From contig ML978123.1 in the NCBI GenBank assembly GCA_010015805.1, positions 3,100,001 through 3,164,000 on the forward strand: DNA of 64,000 nt, written 5' to 3'. Source of the DNA: Rhizodiscina lignyota. Lineage: Eukaryota. Position 1 is the stretch's first letter; each line of letters starts with the position of its first letter. A program made the translations under genes and the position numbers. The notes beneath the pieces were generated by a model that did not search any database, was not told the origin of the DNA, and saw only the letters and a list, made by a program, of their open reading frames with translations. Of this stretch, positions 12,698 through 25,635 are shown piece after piece.

Positions 12698-13798
12698 ATG
12701 GCCGAACCTGCCCCGACAACGGCACTCAAGATTGTCTTCGGTGCGATGACAATCGGTAAAGAAGGTCTGTTATCTCGACCAAATATTACGAATGATTTGA
12801 TATCAAAACCATCCAACTGAGACTGAACAGGCGCCGAACAGGCGCGAGTCTACACGCATGAAGAAGCTGGGGCAATTCTTGACACATTCTGCGCTCATCA
12901 TCATGCTGAGCTCGACACGGCTCGTTCATATGGCGGTGGCACTTCTGAAGAAATGCTAGGCGAGCTCGAATGGCAGAAACGCGGCATCATCATGCAGACT
13001 AAACTCTCTCCGCGCGCCAAAATCGGTCTGCCCGATGGCGTGACTACAAACCACTCTCCAGAGCACCTTCGGCGTGGACTTGAGATGAGCCTGAAGGCAC
13101 TCAAGACAGACAAGATCGACATGTGGTATCTCCACGCTCCAGATCGTAACACGCCGTACGAAGTGACGCTCCGCGAGGTGAATGCGCTCCATAAGGAAGG
13201 AAAATTCGACCGCTTCGGTATTAGCAACTTTATGGCTTGGGAGGTTGCGCAGATGTGGGAAATATGCGATCGCAACGGGTGGATCAAGCCATCCGTATAC
13301 CAGGGTGTGTATAATGCGCTGCATCGCGCTATGGAACCAGAGCTGTTCTATTGTCTACGACACTACGGCATCGCATTTTATGCATATAACCCGCTGGCCG
13401 GCGGATACCTAACTGATAAGTACCATCGGCAACAGACTGATCACGAGCTAGGAAGTAGATTTGATCCTGAGAGACACCAAGGCGTACTTTACAGGAGGAG
13501 GTATTGGCAGAACGAATATTTCGATGCACTCGACATTCTTCGGGCTGCAGCGAAGAAGCACGGTATGAGTGAGGCCGAGTGTGCGTTGAGGTGGATGACG
13601 AATCATTCAGTACTTAGTAAGGAACATGGAGATGCTATCATCATTGGAGCGAGCAGCGCGAAACAATTGGAAGCAAATTTGGTCAATCTTGAGAAGGGCC
13701 CGTTGCCGGATGATGTTTTACAAGCACTTGACGAGGGCTGGGCAACGGTGAAAGGCGTGTGCAAGCCATACTTCCAACCACCAGTAGGTGATAGGTAA
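12698..13798 (+). CDS. Aldo-keto reductase, AKR7 (aflatoxin B1 aldehyde reductase-like)
   Basis: KIVFGAMTIG, ELDTARSYGGGTSE, YLHAPD, GISNF, YQGVYNALHR and YNPLAGG motifs. Intron 12765-12830. Confidence 0.92.
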
Positions 13799-13972
13799 AT
13801 TATGTTCTATGTCATCTATGATGAATGGATGTTGCGGAGTGTTTTGAGTTGAACCACTCCCAACACAAGATCAGTTTTCATGGAAGAATATAGCATGGCT
13901 CAGTCATACTCAATAGCGTCGTTGATGGAATAGGAAGGGTTGATATATCGTATGCTCAGCATTTGGTGGTTT

Positions 13973-14308
13973 CTATGATTCCTTCACTCCGGATTTGTCA
14001 AGGTAATGACATTTGCAACTAAACCTGTGCTCGTGAAAGCGATAGAACAGTTTCCACATTTCCCACAAGGACATCTCCCCCGAGAATTTCGGATGTATTC
14101 GTGGCGAGATAGATACTGGGCCACTTGAAGGTGGTGCGTTCATCCTTGGCCATTGCATAACAGAACTTCCCTGCGCGAAATCGCAGTCACACTGATATCT
14201 TCTTCGATGAAGTGCCAAAGCGGCGGCAGCTTCATCAAAGATGTCTTCTGCCTCGCGCATGTACACAAGCTTTTCTTTCGACTCGTCGTGGGTGCGTGCG
14301 CGGTACAT
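13973..14308 (-). CDS. Small orphan protein with two H-x2-R-[YF]-x-C-x-C motifs
   Basis: 111-aa ORF with internal motifs HRRRYQCDC and HEHRFSCKC. TATA-like TATATAAG on the minus strand near 14405-14413. Confidence 0.35.
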   Translation of the reverse strand: MYRARTHDESKEKLVYMREAEDIFDEAAAALALHRRRYQCDCDFAQGSSVMQWPRMNAPPSSGPVSISPRIHPKFSGEMSLWEMWKLFYRFHEHRFSCKCHYLDKSGVKES

Positions 14309-14935
14309 GCTGGAAGTGTAGATGTTGTAAGATCTGGTTTCCTTGGAGAAGCAGAGGACATGCTGAATTATGAAAATTGGAGGGGCGCAGACGGAGGTGA
14401 TATTTCTTATATAGTGCTAACCTGAAAAACGCAGCATTCTGTTGATCTCAATCGTTAAGCTGATTCGAATTTACGTAGATCGTGGCTACTTTATTTACTA
14501 ATTTGGTGAGAAAATGGGGCAGGCTCAAAAAGACATGGTCACTATCCCATCAAAACCAAAGTTGTGAAATGCCATTGAGTGGAGATCGAATTGTTGTTCG
14601 ATAAGTGTTTCATGAACTCGTCCCATTTCTGTGCTTGTATCAAGTCCAGGGCAAGCCGCAAGAAAACCAGCAGAGAACCTGTCATGATTCCTAACGCCTG
14701 AGTACAAGTTGAACCGCCTCTTGCGCTCCCGAAGACCATTTGAGTGCAAGAATTTCTGTGACTGCAAATTCACAAAAATGCAATCTTGTGCCGATTTGCT
14801 CTAACTTTCGAGGGCTGTGGCTATCGTATTCCCATTCCGTATTGACCTTCTATCCCGTATGATAGTTCGCTCCACATACGTACCCTGCGTTCGATCTGTA
14901 TCCGGACGATGTGTTCGGTACGTGCGAAGGTCTTT

Positions 14936-15400
14936 TCATTGCGTACGACGGTTGTCCGGCAATTTGAGGTCCTGCCTCGCTGCCGCCTTTGCATAGTTAA
15001 GGTCTTTCATCGGTTCATCGTCACCCAGATACGCCAAAGCACGACACAGATTCTTGAGCTCAGTGTGCAGGGTGAATAGCTGTGGCCTGGCCCAGCAGCG
15101 GCCCCCGGATTGAAAATGGATGAGGTCCCATTTTTCGAGTCTCGTTGCCCAGGAATTGAAGCAAGTAATGCGCTGCTTCAACACGAACGCCATATCCTGT
15201 TGTAGCTGCTTGTTGGCAAGGAAAAGCGCGACGGCAGTTCGTCGGAAGCGTTTGTGTTTATCGTGTTGATGTCTTGAGGGCTTGGGCAACGGTATGTCGA
15301 TAGCGTAGGAAAGTATGACCTGTCGAACTTCTGGTGGAAGAGAGAGCAGGTGAGGCACCGGGTTCGACTGCATATCCGTGGCAGCGAGGGCCTCAGCCAT
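14936..15400 (-). CDS. Orphan ~154-aa protein with N-terminal F-box-like motif
   Basis: LLSLPPEVRQVILSY...ALFLANKQLQQDM; single exon. Confidence 0.6.
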   Translation of the reverse strand: MAEALAATDMQSNPVPHLLSLPPEVRQVILSYAIDIPLPKPSRHQHDKHKRFRRTAVALFLANKQLQQDMAFVLKQRITCFNSWATRLEKWDLIHFQSGGRCWARPQLFTLHTELKNLCRALAYLGDDEPMKDLNYAKAAARQDLKLPDNRRTQ

Positions 15401-16476
15401 CTTGGAGTTTCTGAGATAAGGTAATGGATGTGTGAAGTGGCAAATCGTATTGAAACTTGATGTTTTACCTTTGGAAAAAGATGGGAGAGCTGAAGCGTTA
15501 CTGAGATTTGCAGAATCTATACCGGAGGCAATGTGTGCAAAGGTCTAATCGTAGCAATGAGGCGCAAAGGATTAGCATCCTGGCGTTTACACTGCAGTCA
15601 CTGTCACAAGAGTGTTGGCTGCACCCATGTCATAATACCTACCTCCTATATGAAGTGGACGCAGCTGAGAAATGCTCTGACGCTATCGGCTGAAGGGTCA
15701 CCTCGACGAGGTAGCAAGTGGGTTACCAAAAAGTTGAGTCGTGGTTACAACATGTCGAACAGCAAAGATGTATATCCTCGTTAGCCAAATATAAATTATA
15801 TACAACCAAGCTGCGTAAATTAGATAAGTGCTTTCCAGTGCACACTCAATCGATGCTTCAGGGATGCTCTTATTTATATTGGAGAATAAAACTTGTTCTT
15901 CTTGCTGCCTTTCAATAATCGGGCTCAACTAATTTTGTCACTCCGTGGGTAGCAGGCTGTGGTACTTGACACCGCAGCGGCCATCGAGAATGTCCTTTGA
16001 GCCCACGAGACACAACATGAAGAGATAATTGAAGACTTATTAACCGGTTCATACGCCTGAAGATCAACGCCCGCTTTACCTTATTGGGTTAGGATAGCGC
16101 CTCCCCTTTTCGCATTTTTCCTTCCTCACCCGCCCAGGGGAACGTCAGCAACCACTTGTGGATTGGCATCAAAAGCACCCTCCACGTCTCAGCATGCGCG
16201 GCAAAATTTCTTCCCAGTCTTCCCCCTGGATAACTCAATGACGATGACTTTTCGAGCTACACATCCAACGACCTTGGTCTCAAAAGCACCGACATGCCCT
16301 CTCCGTTCTGGAAGAACTATCGAACCCCGCAGACGGGAAACCATTGACTGCGGTACACCCATTTGAGTTTTGTATACGGGCCGGATAAAATAGGTTAAAA
16401 TGGAACCCCATTGCTCCGGATTGGACGTATATCTAGAAGTTCTGAAGTCGTGCAATCATGTGTGGTAGCGGTAGGC

Positions 16477-18576
16477 ATGGCTTCTCTTTTGTTCCAGCTG
16501 CTCGCAGTCCTTGCGACAGCAGCGGCTGCTGTTTCGCCGGCGTCTTTGGATTCTGACCTCACAATTTTAATCCATAATGATCTGCAGGGTATGGTGGAAT
16601 GTTGAAATGACCGGGAGTGTCTTGTAGCTGATTGAAGGGCAGAATCGAGTTCACCGTATGCTAACAGCGGCTTCATACTTCTGGACGAGCAAACATGGAA
16701 CGACGCTAATAGTGCCTGCAAAGCTCTCGGAGAGGAGCTTTGGGAGACTGGAAATATTCAGGCCAACTTGGATTATCTTCTTTACGAGAGAAAATACGCC
16801 CCGTGGCAACGGTTCTGGATTGGCGGTTCCAGCCCAAGTACGATTGATGCGGAAGGTCATGTCCGGTCTGGCCATCGCGATGAGTGCCTGCCAGTCCTTT
16901 GCACCCAAACCGCGCCGTATTCCAATGGGACGCAGCAAGACAACAGCACTACCTGGCAGATCATGGTCAACTCAAACAATGAGTTGCTGACAGGGTTGGT
17001 CACCGTCGATATCTCAAATAACATAACTAACTTCAGCAGATTCCGAGATCGTCTCAGCTTCCGCTTCCTTGGAATACGCTACGCTCAACAGCCGGAACGT
17101 TTCACGTACTCTACGCCATACACCGGCGACGGCGGAAAAGCATCGGCGCTCGATTACGGGCCAATTTGTGTGCAAGGGACGCCGCCATCGGGATCCGAAA
17201 ACTGCTTGTTCTTGAACATTTGGACGCCGTATCTTCCAAGGGGAAAGAAAACTGCCAAGAAGGACTTGAAAGCCGTAATGTTCTGGATCCATGGAGGGGC
17301 GCTTACTGGGGGTGAAAGCTCTGACCCCACATTCGATGGAGCAAACCAGGCCTCCCGAAGCGACGTCGTTGTGGTTACAATCAACTACCGTCTCGGCTCT
17401 CTTGGATTCCTCGCTCTGGATGATGGCGAGACGAATGGAAATTATGGCCTTGCGGACCAAATCACGGCGCTTGAATGGGTTCAAAAGAACATTCAAGATT
17501 TTGGAGGTGACCCTGATAGAGTCATGATCTTCGGACAATCGGCAGGGGCTGGATCTGTCCGTGCATTGATGGCTTCATCAAAGGCGATTGGGAAGTACTC
17601 TAGCGCCATCATGCAGAGCAACCTCGGAGGCCTGGCGTATGGAACGACGTATTCGCAGTACTACACAATTCCACAGGAAGTAGCTGTAGCAGGGAACGCG
17701 ATCCTCAATGCGACTAACTGCACCGATGTTGCTTGCCTTCGCAAACTCTCTGCGATGACTATTGCCAGTGTCCCGACTGTGGCCAGATTTGTCGTCGTCG
17801 ACGGAACATATATAACAACCAATGATCTGCGCCTAAATGGGACTGGACCAGCAGCGCATATTCCTCTCATGTTGGGTACCATGCGAGACGATGGTGCTGC
17901 ATTTATCAGCTATCCGACAGCAAACGAGACTTTCCCAGAGTTCCTCAACATCTCTGGTCTCCCCGAAAGCGTCGCATCCACCAGCTTATTCCCCGTCCCC
18001 AACGGACCAAATCGCACTCTCGATGTCTTCAACGCAACAGCGCGAGCTGGCACGGATGGAATCTTCCGCTGCGTCGACGAAGCTACGGCCTATGCCGGTG
18101 TAGTCAATGACATCTTCCCTATAACGTATTTCTACGAATTCAATCGCTCGTACCAGCTCCTCGGCTACTCTCCCAACTTTCCCGTCTGCGAGGCTCCGCC
18201 AACTGCAGGCTATCCGAATGGCAACCCAAATGCAGAGTACTTCAAATGCCATTCCGGCGAGCTGTACTACGAGTTCGGCAACGTCAAGCGCATCGGCTTG
18301 CCCTTCCGTGACGCGAACGATCTGCCATTTGAACAGTTCGTTGTGGATACTTGGGCGAGCTTTGCGCGCACGAACAATCCAAATCCGGATTGGAGATATC
18401 TCCAGGCGAGAGGGTATACGAATACGATGAAGGAGATTGAGCGAGTGGGGAAATGGGATCCTGTGACCAAAAGCGATCAGATCTTACGGAGGTTACAGTG
18501 GCCAAGCGAACACGCCAAGTTTGGTGAGGAGCAGCAGTGTGATGCTTTGGGATTGCCGCTTGACTATTACATATGA
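16477..18576 (+). CDS. Secreted type-B carboxylesterase (cholinesterase-like)
   Basis: Signal peptide MASLLFQLLAVLA, ENCLFLNIWTP, WIHGGA, NYRLG, FGQSAG nucleophile and CHSGEL His motif. Intron 16589-16642 plus a short in-frame intron near 16995-17039. Confidence 0.93.
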
Positions 18577-18903
18577 GGAGCGTGACTGAGCAGTTAATGT
18601 TAGCTTTGATAATCGTGTCATGCACTATTTATCAAGCGTGGTGCTCTTTTTCTGTCCTTACTTGCAAGCAGAAGTGAAGTAGTGAGTGCGACAGGTACTA
18701 ATGATGCATGAACTGAATGCGCAATAGATTGTATTGCGAACTTTGCAAGGCCGAGGAACCAGGGATGCCAGTTTTGTTTTCAGAAGGTAAGGGTCTCTTT
18801 ATACAATAGTATAGTATGTTTACTATGTTTTTGAATAAATGTCCATCCAAGCTACACACTTTGTAGCAATTGGCAACGCTGATAACTGATGCGCGTTGAA
18901 CAT

Positions 18904-19344
18904 CTAGAAACCCCTCCCGGTTCGAATCTTTTCCAGGTCCGGCACTGTACCATCCAGCAGAAATTCATAGGCCACTCGTAACGCCCACATTTGGTATACG
19001 AGTGCCACTATGTTGCACCCAAGGGATGCCATCTCCTCATTCGACTGCTTCTGGGATTCCAATGGTTCCCATAGTTCTAATTCAGAGAGACACTGCCTAC
19101 TGCCTGCTCTCATTTGAATTAAGATAATCCTACGGACTTCGCACCGAATTTGGGAGTTGAGTGAGGCGAGGCAGATGATTGGCTTGACCGTGGGTTTGAG
19201 GAACCAGTTGAAGTGTGGCACGAAATGTCCGGCGATGGGAATCCAGACAGGATAGCCGATGCAATATCCAATGATTTGTTGACGGATTTCGGTTGGAAGG
19301 CTCATGAGGCTGGTCTGAACAGAATGAAACGTTTGTGTTGCCAT
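18904..19344 (-). CDS. Orphan ~146-aa protein with N-terminal F-box-like motif
   Basis: MATQ...LMSLPTEIRQQIIGY...CLASLNSQIRCEV; single exon. Confidence 0.6.
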   Translation of the reverse strand: MATQTFHSVQTSLMSLPTEIRQQIIGYCIGYPVWIPIAGHFVPHFNWFLKPTVKPIICLASLNSQIRCEVRRIILIQMRAGSRQCLSELELWEPLESQKQSNEEMASLGCNIVALVYQMWALRVAYEFLLDGTVPDLEKIRTGRGF

Positions 19345-19888
19345 TGCGTTTAAGATTTGGCAATGCTCGATGCGTGTGGAAGGTGCTGTTGTTTGTGAGG
19401 AAAGAAGGTTGATGTTCGATTGCCTCAAGAGAAAATAGTTGGCAATCTTAAGTGTCAGTTGACAGTACTAAGAGTGTGTTGGGCTCGGTTATACTAAAGC
19501 CAAAAAAACAACAACGATGGGACACTTCTGTAAGAAGTTTGCTCTGCGTGGCTCCTGGGGCAATATTCAAATACTACAAGCAGCTCTGCTTCATGCATGT
19601 TTCGATGAGTGGATGAGAAGATTCATGGAAAGGGTAGTTGTAATTGAAGTGATTCAACTCGGCGCCTGGCAGTTCAGGAAGGAACCACCTGCACTGCCTT
19701 TGCTGAGACGTTAACTTTGTCGCGCTCTACTAACTATATACACTGAACGCTCGTAATTCTGAAGGAAATTTGGGTTGCTTGGAGCGTCTCTCATTCTGCC
19801 CGAGACATGCGCCGCGACCTTGAGGTTAACTCCTATGCACTTTTGAACCTCAGGGCCCGTTCCTGTATCGACCTACAGTTTCCCTCTC

Positions 19889-20350
19889 CTAAAAAAGCGC
19901 CAGGCTAAAGTCACATGTCTTCTCGACCAGTATTTCCCACTCCGGTTTTACCTCTTTCACACGCTGGCCCTTCAGCTCAAGCAGAACATTGTCCAATGCC
20001 TTCAATTCAACGCTCGTGGAAAGGAGCTCGTGCATAACCTGATCGCGTGTGTCCTTGCCAACAGGGAATAGCTCCCAATATGTTAAGAGTTTGTGTCTGT
20101 CACTTTTTGCCTTCACCACAGCGTGTCTTTTGTTGATGACGTGGAGCAGTTCTTCTCGAATCTGGCGATTGATGCCCAGGAGCGCACCAAGATAGCGGCC
20201 TTGGTATCGAATTTCGTTCCTTTTTTTGACAGAGTAGTTATACCGGCAGAACTGTTCGCGAGGAATCGGCTCTTCGACGACATTGTCGAAAATTTGCTGT
20301 CGGAGCTCGATCGGAAGGCTCATCAGGCCAATAACTTGATCTTGCGCCAT
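19889..20350 (-). CDS. Orphan 153-aa protein with N-terminal F-box-like motif
   Basis: LMSLPIELRQQIFDN...ALLGINRQIREEL; single exon. Confidence 0.6.
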   Translation of the reverse strand: MAQDQVIGLMSLPIELRQQIFDNVVEEPIPREQFCRYNYSVKKRNEIRYQGRYLGALLGINRQIREELLHVINKRHAVVKAKSDRHKLLTYWELFPVGKDTRDQVMHELLSTSVELKALDNVLLELKGQRVKEVKPEWEILVEKTCDFSLALF

Positions 20351-21310
20351 ATTTGAAGAGGCGGAATGTTCGTAGATGTCGAAAGGCGAAGGCGTCGATT
20401 GGATTTGAAACTATGTGTGATGATTCTGAATGTTCTTAAACGCAGAAAGGTGAAAGACGTCGATGGATTTTGAACCCGTGTGATGATTGATGCACTGTGA
20501 TATTTCCATGAAAATAGGATTAATCGAAGTAGTATGTCGTCGCCAGGTTTCTCGAGCGCCAGCGACACTTGGGTTCCTGGAGGCTGGGGCGGCTGGTACC
20601 CGCCTTCCTGGGAACGCGCCACAGCCCCAATTAATGTAGCGATTGAGGTGTCGGGTTTCTCCGGCCTGCGTGGGAAAAAGAAGGCAGGGATTGTTAGAGC
20701 AAAGAATTTGCCATTTGTGAAAGATGCTAAACAACAAACAAGAACTGCGTATGACTTTAGAAGTGACGCGAGAGAGCTACGGTGGCGTATGCTGTTGATG
20801 TGCTGTGGAGGGAGTCCAAGTATGATATAAGACATTGATGGACCAAGGAAGATAGGGAGACTTCAGCAATGGCGAGAAAAAAGCTGATCAATCCTGAAAA
20901 TTGGGGTTCATGCTTACTCCCCGTTGATTCACTGCAACAGTCTTTTCTTTCATCCTCGCACTATTCTCGAATCCGCTAACACGACGCTCACACAAAGCTT
21001 TTCGGGCATATCAAGTTTTCTTGCAGCACCTCCGCAAGGATGTAGTACTTCCTCGCTGCCAATACCTGTTCGAGATCCTCATTTTCATATAACGCACTCT
21101 CGCCCTCAGCTTCAAAATTCAGTGAGAAGCAACGCCAAATATGACACCTCCCAGCAATGTCTCGTGCCGACGACATCGAGCTAGAATTCGCGTAAATTTG
21201 ACGTTCGAGGTTCCAGTATCTCTCCCGTAGCTCTTGCCATGGTATCAAAGGCCTCAAAATCGGATTTCCAAACCGGCCCCAGAGGAAAAGGGGGGGAACT
21301 CGTAATGCGT

Positions 21311-22123
21311 CTATTTTACAACCATCCACCACCTTCCCTTCTTCACTCTTTCTTCTTCTCCGTCATCCTTCTTCTCTTGGTCTTGTTGTTGCTCTCTCAG
21401 CTTCTCCCTCTCCACAATATCATGTACACCCTTCATCATCACCGCCAGCACATCCCATGCCTCCTTCGCGCTCTCCTTCCCCAGGCTTTTCTTCCCAAAC
21501 CCCTCCATGTCATCGTAGCACCGCCTCACCAACACGTTAACCTCCTCCCTCTCCTTCCCACTCCGCGCGCGCAGATCGTCCACCTCGTCGAACGCGACGT
21601 CGATCCACCCGGCCGTGCTTGGCATGTACTGTCCGTAATTCCGAGCTGCAGATCGGAGCCATTTGACCTTCGCTTCTGCTTCTCTTTCCCCATCCGCCAC
21701 AGCGCTTCTACTCCGTGCACCGTCAACAATCCCCCTCCGCTCCCTCAGCACCCGATGCCCCTCCCCCGCGCTCTTCATCACCCTCGCAGCGCCAAAGTAA
21801 TAATACCATCCCAGACATACCGCCAAGCTCGCTACTGCTCCAGCAACGGCGCCTGTGAATGCTGGGTGGAAGGATTTCGGTGGTTCTTTTGGGGGACGAC
21901 GGGTTGGCTGGAAGTCTTCGGGGTGCAGGCGCGCGCGGCGGAGGAGGGGGTGCTCTTCCAACTCTGCAGATGATGGAGTAGGAGCAGAATGGGGAGGCTT
22001 GGATGAGGATGTGGTTTGAGAGTTGAGACGAATTTGATGACGAGAGTTGTGGATGTGATGTTGTCGTCGCGGGAGACGGAGGGGTGTGCGGAGGATCGGA
22101 CGAGGAGCTGTTAGAGAGGACAT
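21311..22123 (-). CDS. Hypothetical single-TM protein with Arg-rich mitochondrial-presequence-like N-terminus and helical C-terminus
   Basis: 270-aa ORF with TM segment GAVAGAVASLAVCLGWYYYFG and a charged helical tail. Confidence 0.55.
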   Translation of the reverse strand: MSSLTAPRPILRTPLRLPRRQHHIHNSRHQIRLNSQTTSSSKPPHSAPTPSSAELEEHPLLRRARLHPEDFQPTRRPPKEPPKSFHPAFTGAVAGAVASLAVCLGWYYYFGAARVMKSAGEGHRVLRERRGIVDGARSRSAVADGEREAEAKVKWLRSAARNYGQYMPSTAGWIDVAFDEVDDLRARSGKEREEVNVLVRRCYDDMEGFGKKSLGKESAKEAWDVLAVMMKGVHDIVEREKLREQQQDQEKKDDGEEERVKKGRWWMVVK

Positions 22124-22828
22124 TGTGTGTAGTGTGAGTGATGAAAGGAAGGCGAGGACAATTCAGCTAATATACAAATGATTGGAAGAAGAACTAAATT
22201 TTCTATTATTGTACAGATTATTGTACCATTGGTGCTGGCCATCGACGATGGACGAGGTGACGTTGGAGCTCTGCAAAAAAGTTCGACCACCCCGTCCGAA
22301 TTTCGACCATCAGGCCATCCCAGAAACAGCATGAGCACGTCTTCGCGCCTCACCAAATAATTAAGAGATAATTTGCAGCGGAATAACGAGGACAGCCAAC
22401 TTATAGTGGCAAATGATTTTATTTTGTTTTATCTATTTTTCGAGTGTGTGGAGAGTGAGAGACTGATCTCTAACGTCACAACATGAAGAAAATCTAAGCA
22501 GGACCCAGAAAGCCAGTGGACGTTTTGAGTCCAAGCGACAAACCCATATCGCGGCTCCCCAAACAGAGGAGCAGTCAAGAACGCATTCCATGCAAAAAGC
22601 CCTAGTCGAAAGAAAAGACCCATCTCGCAGACGTAGCAAAACCCTATTCCACCTAGCCGGTCGTCGGCCTTGCAATTCGAATCGTCATCTCCATGCGCAG
22701 ACGTTACCCTGGTCATAGGATCTCGAATCCCCACCCGTGCAAATGTCCCCAGCCAGAATGAGTCCTAGAAAAGCAAAAATAATAAAACTTCGTTCGCAAC
22801 AGAATAGAACCCTCTCCGCGGTGACAAC

Positions 22829-25036
22829 TTACGACGTCTCGTCCATCGCCTCGCCCACACTCCGATACACATGGCCCACCGCGCCCTGCACCTCGCTCCA
22901 CTCCGCCATCAACTGCCTCTCCACGTTCTCGGGAACCCACGCATCCTCCCTGGCCGCCAACTTGCTCGCGTTCCCGGCCCACGTGTGGAACTTGCTCAGC
23001 AGCTGCGAGTCCTCCGAATTCACACTTCCAATGCGCTCAGGCACGTGCTGGAGTAGCGCCTCGGTGACATGGTCGAGCTTCTTGACCTGCGGGGAGCGTA
23101 CGTCAAATTCTTCGAATAGATCTGTGTCCTGAATGGGGAGTGGATTGTATAAACTTAGAGGAAAGGAATGGCTTACGAAGCGGTCCAGGTGAAATTCGAC
23201 TTGCAGAGAGTTGGAGCGGCCGATGAGTTGCAGGAGATCTTTGCAGATCTTGTTGCGCTCTTCGCGCATCTCCCTCTCCAGCGCAGTGTCGTTCTCTCCT
23301 TCTAATGAGCCAGTCTTCCAGAACAAGTCGACGAGATAGAAACGCGTGGCAATTGAGCTAGCATCCATAGTGGCCTTCTGGATGGCAATCTGTTGGTTGC
23401 GTTGCTCTGTTGCCTCGTCGACTTGACTCTGGTTCGCCTTGCCGTTTAGAAAATCCTGAAGCTGGCGGTAGGGATTTACAGGAGTGTCGGGCAAGGAGGG
23501 GATTGCCTTGCACGCATCCAAGCATTCTTTAATTAGTGCTCTCTGCTTTGACGGGTCTTGCTTCGCCTTGGATGATGTCGATTCTGCGTCAGACAACGGC
23601 ATGATGGACTGATACACATTGACAATGCGCGTGAAACCTGTGAGCTCGGACATGGTGCCATATGTCTGGGACTCGAAGCTGTTGTTGAAGATGTGCACAT
23701 CATCGCGTTCGAGTGGGAGAGGCGTCTCTCGAGAGGAGGGAGCGAAGGAGAACGCAAGCTCGACACATTTCTCGCCTAGCTGCTGCATGATCTTGACGTC
23801 AACGAAAGTCTTCCAGAAGATGCGTCTTGCCAGTTCTTGCGTGATGAAGTCGATTTGCGACACCGGCTTTCCCTCCGAGTCGAAGCCCTGCTGCTGTTGA
23901 ACCTGTAGATCAGTAGGCGGCAACTCGAGACTTCGCACGATAGTCAGAGTCTCGGCGAGATATCTCCGGCACTGCGGTGCACGATTGCTGCTAGCGTGGG
24001 CTTGAGCAATGAAGTAGCTCGTTACAGCGTCGTAAATGTTCAGCTCATCTCGGTCCAAGTAGGCAGGGCCACGCGCGGTCGTGCAGGTGCGCAGGCAGTG
24101 GTCAACGAGAGATTTATGATCGCGGAACATGTGCTCCTTGCCTGCAGCTCGAAGTTGCATGCGCGAGCGTTTCGGGAAAGCCGCTACGAGAGCACCAACC
24201 ATGGCTGCGATCAGCGCGACAAAATATCGGTTGTGGACATCGTCGCGACGGCGAAACGCTTGCATGAAGGTCGTCTCGTGAGGGAAAGGGGCAAGTGGGT
24301 GAACGTAGGTGAAGAAGTCGGCAATCATGCGCTCGACAACATCCAGCGAGCAAATTGACTCGGCGGACATGGTTGTAGGCACAGAAGATAGAGCTGCAAG
24401 TGCTTGTGCCGCATGAGTGGGAGACGACGGAGAGGACGGCCCCGATGGTTCATCTGCTTCCAGTCGCCGGCGCTTGATAGCTTCAGCATGTCGATTTGGA
24501 GGACCTCGTCGTCGGCTGGGCCTATCGAACGTACAAGGGATGTCGAGGTTCGCGCATGCGCGACATGGCGGGCCTTGCTCGTCACACTGCAAACACCAAA
24601 GGCATTAGAGAGACTATATCATTGCTATTCAGCGTGAACCACATCAGAGCTCACTCACCTTGACCTTCCGTATGCTGCAAGAATCGCAAGCCTTCCTCAA
24701 CCGGTTCGTCCTTGGACTCGAACCATCCGGTGGCGGCGCGTTCACTCCAGCCGTGCCCTGATGTCCTGGCGACTGATCAGATATTCCTCCTGCTCCATTT
24801 GGGCCATCATTATCAATCTTCGTCCGATTGCTAAGCTCCGCGATAGTAGCTTCAACCCCCGAGTATGAATTGTGGTCAACAGGCCCGCCGTAGTTTGCCT
24901 GTTCCGACAGCGCAGCGCTGAGCTGCAGCTGGTCGATGGCAGAGGGCGACGAGGACTGCGGAGGCGCGGTCGCAGCGGGGTAGGCGGACTGGTAATGCTC
25001 GTCGGGAGGAGGGTAATGCGACAATCGCGAGTCCAT
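22829..25036 (-). CDS. Zn(II)2Cys6 fungal transcription factor
   Basis: ACDSCSIRKVK|CDEQGPPCRACANLDIPC is reconstituted across intron 24658-24587. Fungal TF middle region present (FFTYVHPL, ELARRIFW). Confidence 0.93.
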
Positions 25037-25635
25037 CGCGTCGAGAATGGTGTTGCGCCGTAATCTCGGTCTCTTTTCGGGTGGAGAGTTTCAACGACGA
25101 CGTCGCGGCGAATCTGGGGAAAAGATGGAATAAATCCGCGAGGTTGTAACGGTGGCGATGGCGACGATGCGATGCGGCGAGGTCGGCCGGGAGCGTTGTT
25201 GTTGTGAAGAAGGGAAAGGGTGGTGCAAGCTATTTGACGTGCGCGCCAAGACGTGTACTCTACGACAGAGTCGAGGTGGCGAGTGTCGCCACGAAAGCAT
25301 CAATTCGAAGGGACACGCTCACTAAACGCTCACACACGCGATTGAGCAATAGCTTGACGACGGGTTGTTCTCAATGCGCTGCCTGCGACTTCACATCGCG
25401 GCCGAAAGAGACGATGTTGACAAGTGAAGCTGCAGCGGCAAGTTCCGAGACCAACTCTGCACTTCATTTGAAAGAGTATTCGTTCCTTTCGCGTTCATAA
25501 TCCCCTATTTGATTCGATGGATAGACAGAGGCAATTACTCTATCATTACTTTATATCCAGCGGAAAGGGATGCTCTCCATTCGGTAAATTTTGCGCGATT
25601 CTATCTATCACATACCCTCATTGAGTGAGTATCAC

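Noticed and set aside
1..25036. Possible secondary-metabolite cluster (hydrolase, laccase, reductases, esterase, Zn2Cys6 factor)
   Set aside because: No PKS, NRPS, terpene synthase or other backbone gene in the window, and the genes are interspersed with unrelated ones.
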